From Penicillus capitatus (taxonomy: Eukaryota; Plantae; Chlorophyta): DNA of 64,000 bases. Position numbers and translations under genes: made by a program. Under the pieces are notes generated by a model. The model made no database searches, had not been told where the DNA came from, and saw only the letters and a program-made list of their open reading frames with translations. The stretch covers positions 787,101-851,100 of the forward strand of contig OZ287696.1 in NCBI GenBank assembly GCA_965649825.1. Direction: 5' to 3'. This document shows, in pieces, positions 59,265-64,000 of this stretch (positions are counted from its first letter, which is position 1; each line of letters starts with the position of its first letter).

Positions 59265-60875
59265 TCAAGGTGCCGGATTCGGGAATTCTAGATGGATCGC
59301 ATCGATGCGATTAAGCACGTCGCGATCCAACGGCGGGAGGTCCACGAACGAGAGGTTCTGTCCGAGCTGCTCGACGCTGGTTGCTCCCATGACGGCCGTC
59401 TCGATCAACGGATGCTGCATCGCGAACCTGAGAAGGGCAGAACAGAGGGGCATGTCGAGTGAAATGCGGCGCCGTTGGGCGGACCTCAGCGCCATTTCTG
59501 TCAGAGAGATGCCGGACTCATCTGCAAGGGAGTCGTAGGCCGCGATGGCCGCATCGATGTTCGGTTTTGAGCGGTAGCGATACTCGTTCTCGGCAAAGCG
59601 TCCCCTGTAGACATTGAAGCGCGCCGTTCGGGGACCTCCGTCTCTGTACTTCCCCTATCGCCGATCCGCACGAGTGGGAGACGCGAAGTGCATGTTCTCA
59701 CCGTCAGCAGTCCCATCGCGAGCGGAGAGTACGCGTGAAGGCGGACGCCCTCTTCGTGGCAGCACTCCGCCAGTCCGTTGTCGAACGTTCGACAGAGCAA
59801 ACTGCACAGAGAGACGGCTCCGCTGCTGCGGGGTCGTCACGCGTGCCGCACTGATAGGCGTTCTGAAGGCAGTGGACTGCCGGGCGATGGGATCCGCGTG
59901 TCTTGGCCTGCTGGCAGAACTTCATCAACCCAAACGGCGTTTCGTTGCTCAGTCCTATTCTCCTGACCTTGCCCTCTCGGATGCACTCTGCCAGCGCTTC
60001 GTACTGATCCTCGAAAGGAACGTACTGTCATGCGGACAAGACGCGACGTGGGAACGCGTTGACATGAGGGAAGCATGCCTTGAACGAGCGCGAGGGATGG
60101 TAGTCTGTGTCTCCGAACATCGGAACGAACCTGTCCGGCCAGTGCAGGTAGTAGATGTCCACGTAGTCCGTCAGCAGCCTCTTCAGACTGCCTTCCAGTG
60201 CCTCTCTGATGTTCCGTCCGTCCAGACAGGCCGGACCATCGCGGATCCACGTCATCTTGCCGGAGGGCCCGGCGGCTTTTGTCGAGACGACAATCCGATC
60301 TCTGGAAAACAGAGCGTGAGAGAGAAGGAAGGATCCATGAGAGGTTGGTGCTTGCTGCCTTCGGTGCCGTCTCATCCACTGTCCCAGAATCTCTTCCGAG
60401 CTTCCGTGCGTTTCTGAAGATTGTGGGACCGGGTACATCTCTGCGGTGTCGAAGAGCGTGACGCCGTTCTCGAAGGCAAAGTCCAGCAACGCAAAGGACT
60501 CCTCGCGAGTGTGATAGGATCCCATCATCATGGTCCCTGACAAACACGCCTTTCGACCCCTCCCACCATGTCGCGAGGAATACCCAACGAGAGCTTCGAA
60601 ACTGGCGGATCCGCCGTGGTCGGACAGGCAGCTGTTTCGAAGCCAGTGACCGTCGCACGTCTCGCACCGCCGATCCTGCGCTCCTCCAGACGCAACCGTC
60701 GTGCCTCTGAAAAATCGACGAAGGGTCGGGTCCCTTGACTCGCAAGGGACGTACGCATCATGGGTCTCTCGGCCAAGGGGCAGCAGAACGATCGCCGTAC
60801 ATTCATCGAATCCATCAGCTGTCGCCGATCGAACGCTTCAAGCCAGTTCCGTCGCGTACGACTCGGACGAGCCAT
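59265..60875 (-). CDS. tas: aldo-keto reductase, Tas-like
   Basis: SKLSLG/TMMMG, LFDTAEMYPVP, IVVSTKAAGP, YYLHWPDR, GKVRRIGLSNET, QNAY, HAYSPLAMGLLT, MGATSVEQL; multiple short introns. Confidence 0.9.
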
Positions 60876-60946
60876 TTTCGTTGAAGTGGCCGTTCTGACG
60901 CTGCTCAATCGTCGCCGATCTCTTTCACACCGACAACGGCGTCTTC

Positions 60947-61250
60947 ATGTCGGATTGGGTGCAGGAAATCGAGTCGCTCGTGGGAGATCGCCGAGAGGTG
61001 ATTGTGTCGACGACTTTCGGCGACATCTGCTCAGACGACGTGCCGACTAGACGGTGTCCCGCAAGTGGCTGAGGAAGAACTTCAACATACCGATTGACTT
61101 TGCCAAGAAGTGCGTGTCCTCGCCCGACGCCACGACATCCGCTTGAGCCAGACTTCAATGCCGCTGCTACCTTCGAGGATCTTGGTCGTCCCCAAGTACT
61201 CTTCTGCTTTTGAAGTCATCTCCTTAATTCTAGTTCTAATTGGTGAAGCA
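60947..61250 (+). CDS. POLD3/CDC27 (DNA polymerase delta subunit 3) N-terminal-like sequence, apparently truncated
   Basis: MSDWVQEIESLVGDRRE / TVSRKWLRKNFNIPIDFAK (53-nt GT-AG intron 60998-61050) resembles plant POLD3 EIESLVSD..VVSYKWLSRNF..S.D.AK; no convincing continuation found. Confidence 0.42.
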
Positions 61251-62251
61251 CGATGACGTGGTCGTCGAGCCATCGAGACTTGGCCAGAATGCAACAGACG
61301 CTAGAGAAGTCGTCAAGAAGAATCAGAGCCGGGAGAGTAAAAGTGCGGAAGATTGTCGGCGGACGGGTCGGAAGCCAGCTTAGGTTGACGCCTTCGAGCA
61401 ACGCTCTCGATCGCGCTACATTTGAATCCTGTTGATATTTGGATGATTCGACATCTTTCTTTCTCCGCGACTCTATGAACGAGGTCATGCTTCACGAACT
61501 GAGCGCCCTGATGCGTTGTATATGGGCATCGTCGCCCGTGTCATTCTGTTCTGCCGGATGAGTCCTTTTGCGGCGTCCGCTCTGTCAACATAGTGTGCGT
61601 GCCACGTGCAGCCCCATCGCTGGCTGTCAGCTGTCTTAGTAATTCTATTTTATTCGCGGAAGGTCCCGACGAATGCGTTCTCGCCATGCACGACTGTGTT
61701 CGTTTTCTCTTCTGTGGCTTAGATCTGAGGATCCGTGCAGATCCATGGGTGTCAGTGCACACATCTTTCGCCGTCTGACGGGATTCATCTCTTTCCTTGG
61801 ACTGCATGCGAAGACGAGAGGACGCAGTGATGAGTGCGGAATGAAGACCTCTGACAGTCGACTGCTGGCCATCTATTTCTTCTCCCTGCCGAATAGCCTT
61901 CGCCATTCCTCAAGTCACAGATAACGGGTGACTCAGAGAGGCCTATTCTTTGGTGTGCACGGAAGAAGCGCTGACGAGCGTCGCCGATCAAGGACTCAAG
62001 ATGGAATGCCGTATTGCCGATCCCCCTGCCAGTGCAATCGTCAATCTGTCGAATAGTGTCTTGAAAAGACGCAACCGATCCTCTCCATTCCATCTCTTTC
62101 ATGAACTACAGGCGGCGGTGGCCTTGAGGACGCTCTCGTCGGAGCAATCGTGCGGCGGATGGCGTTCGGTACTTACTCCCAATCGTCGTGCTATAGAGAT
62201 GAAGCTGGCCATGATAAACACGCAAGTGTCAGGAAGGCGACATCGACAGTT

Positions 62252-63203
62252 CTACGCAGGCGGCAAGACAGATTCGAGAAAACTCTGGACGTCCTGCATT
62301 TCTTCCCGACATGCCGCGTGCGCCATCTCATACTCTGCAAACCGCACGCTCTCCATCTCTTTCTCGAGCACCTGGGGAAAATCCCATGGAGGTGAGCACG
62401 CAGAAGTGCACCAGCATCGTCGGTCACTTCGAAAGAGTGCTTCCCGTAGGTGAAGGCAATCATGGGATCGTAGAGTCCATGGCACATGAACACTGGCGTC
62501 TTTCTGTTGGCTTCTGATACGCTCGGCTCACCGGAGAGCTTCGGCAGATAGCAGCTCATCCCTGCGGATGAGATGTAGAGAGAGGAGGTGTTTGGCGACG
62601 GCATGCACCGATGATGGCAGCAAATTTGTGCGGAGATCGAAGCATGGCCAACGCCATCGCCCCTCCCTGAGAAAACCCAGAGATGACAATGCGTTCTGGC
62701 TTGATCCCCGTCCCCATCTCCTTCTCCACCAGAGACGTCAGGAATCTGCAGAAACGCAGAAGTCGTCAGGGAACGGGTGGTCGGTGTGCTGTGACCTGAC
62801 GCTCTCCCGGATCCCCTCTTCGTCTGTTCTGTGGTCCTCTTCGCTGAGGGAGTTCACGTCATACCAGGCAGTAGAGGGGAAGCCGCCATTCGTGGTGACC
62901 GGTCGCTGTCAGCACGGCCCCACAGTTTAGCGTCCGGGTCGACGAAGTTCGGGTTCCATACCACTGGTGCGGTGGGAAGGACAAACTTCACGTGCGGCAG
63001 GTTTTGACCCCACATCTCTTTGGTGGCCACATCCGACCACCCGTCACACGTGTCTCCCAGTCCATGCAACAAAAACACCGTGGCAGAGTGCTCAGATCTG
63101 TCAGCAAGGCCTCGTTCACGACGGTTACCACTCGACAAACGTCCTCGCCGAACCGGGCAGGCACGACCAGTGGCGTCTTGTAGTCGAGTGAAGGCGGTGG
63201 CAT
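62252..63203 (-). CDS. acyl-protein thioesterase / lysophospholipase, copy 2
   Basis: Mirror of 38456-39407 with intact motifs and splice sites and a few substitutions. Confidence 0.9.
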
Positions 63204-64000
63204 TGAACCGTAAGCCCGAATACCGGCACACACAGACGATACCGGAGACGCTTTCCTTTGGGATGCAATGGAGTGGTGTGCCGTGCTGTTCGTGAAAAGT
63301 CTGGCTGTTGAGCGCAGGGAGAGAGATGTCAGCGGCGCGACGGCTCTATAGACAGGGACGCAATGCATCGAATGACGAGGAGAGTAAGGATGTTGTACAC
63401 GTCTATTCCATGGCCACCGACACGACTGTACTGCACAGATGTGTCGACCGTGGCAAGATCAACATTCGAGAGACCTCTCTAACAAGAGGAGACGGAATTG
63501 TCTGCGGAGCGATTACTTCAGAGAACGTACAAATCTTCCGAGACTGTCTGAAAGGGGACGATCGGCAGTGTTGGATCTATCCGTGCGAATTGCGGATAGG
63601 CGGCACCAATTCAGCCTGACCCCACAAAGAATTCGTGGAAGGGAGACACAGGGCAAAAAATTGGAAAGAAAGATGTCGAATCTTTGCGTCCGTCCATCTC
63701 CGGACGGTCGACAGATGCTGCGACGGTTCGATCGAAAAAAACAAGCTAGGCAACGGCAGGGTGTTCGTACAGTTTCCAAAAAAAAACAAACAAGGCGTGA
63801 GAGGGTTCAAGCAAAAAACGTGATAAGAATAGACCTCATCACCCGAGAGACCGTTTCTGAGACAACAAACACATGTCACGATGCAGATCGTCACTTCTAC
63901 CGCCTAAACTCCTTTTCACGTACATTGAAACATTTGACCTCACATTGAGCGTCAGGTATCGAGTGAGAGAACACGTGCGATCTGCATCCTGTATGATCAT

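Larger units (their letters stand above)
60283..64000 (-). repeat. large inverted repeat, right arm (continues beyond the window)
   Basis: Reverse complement of 37659-41369; base 64000 pairs with 37659. Confidence 0.96.

Overview
Eukaryotic nuclear DNA, most likely from a compact-genome green alga. This is inferred from 45-70 nt spliceosomal introns, plastid-type genes and very short intergenic gaps; the standard genetic code fits. The window has three zones. (1) 1-13.8 kb is an ultra-dense block of conserved housekeeping genes: coiled-coil protein, SDR, At4g37920-like, NSE1-like, PGM-like phosphatase, HAD nucleotidase, MND1, UBL5, mTERF and a carotene-desaturase-like oxidoreductase. (2) About 14-53 kb is a 39-kb repeat-rich island. 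It is bracketed by a diverged ~340-bp direct repeat holding the oxidoreductase 3' end and the TFIIIC 3' end, so it appears to have split a former tail-to-tail gene pair. The island contains an API5-like gene with a huge tandem-repeat expansion, a kinase with two C-terminal TM helices, and a ~9-kb direct segmental duplication. That duplication carries decayed APE-RT LINE relics, conserved dyads and a conserved triple-hairpin. The island also holds an inverted copy of the genes at the right end of the window and scrambled TFIIIC fragments. (3) 53-64 kb is gene-dense again: TFIIIC B-block subunit, tas-like aldo-keto reductase, POLD3-like N-terminus and acyl-protein thioesterase. From about 60.3 kb on it forms the right arm of a near-identical inverted repeat with 37.66-41.37 kb. 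All homology calls are by eye from remembered motifs, and identity figures are rough visual estimates.
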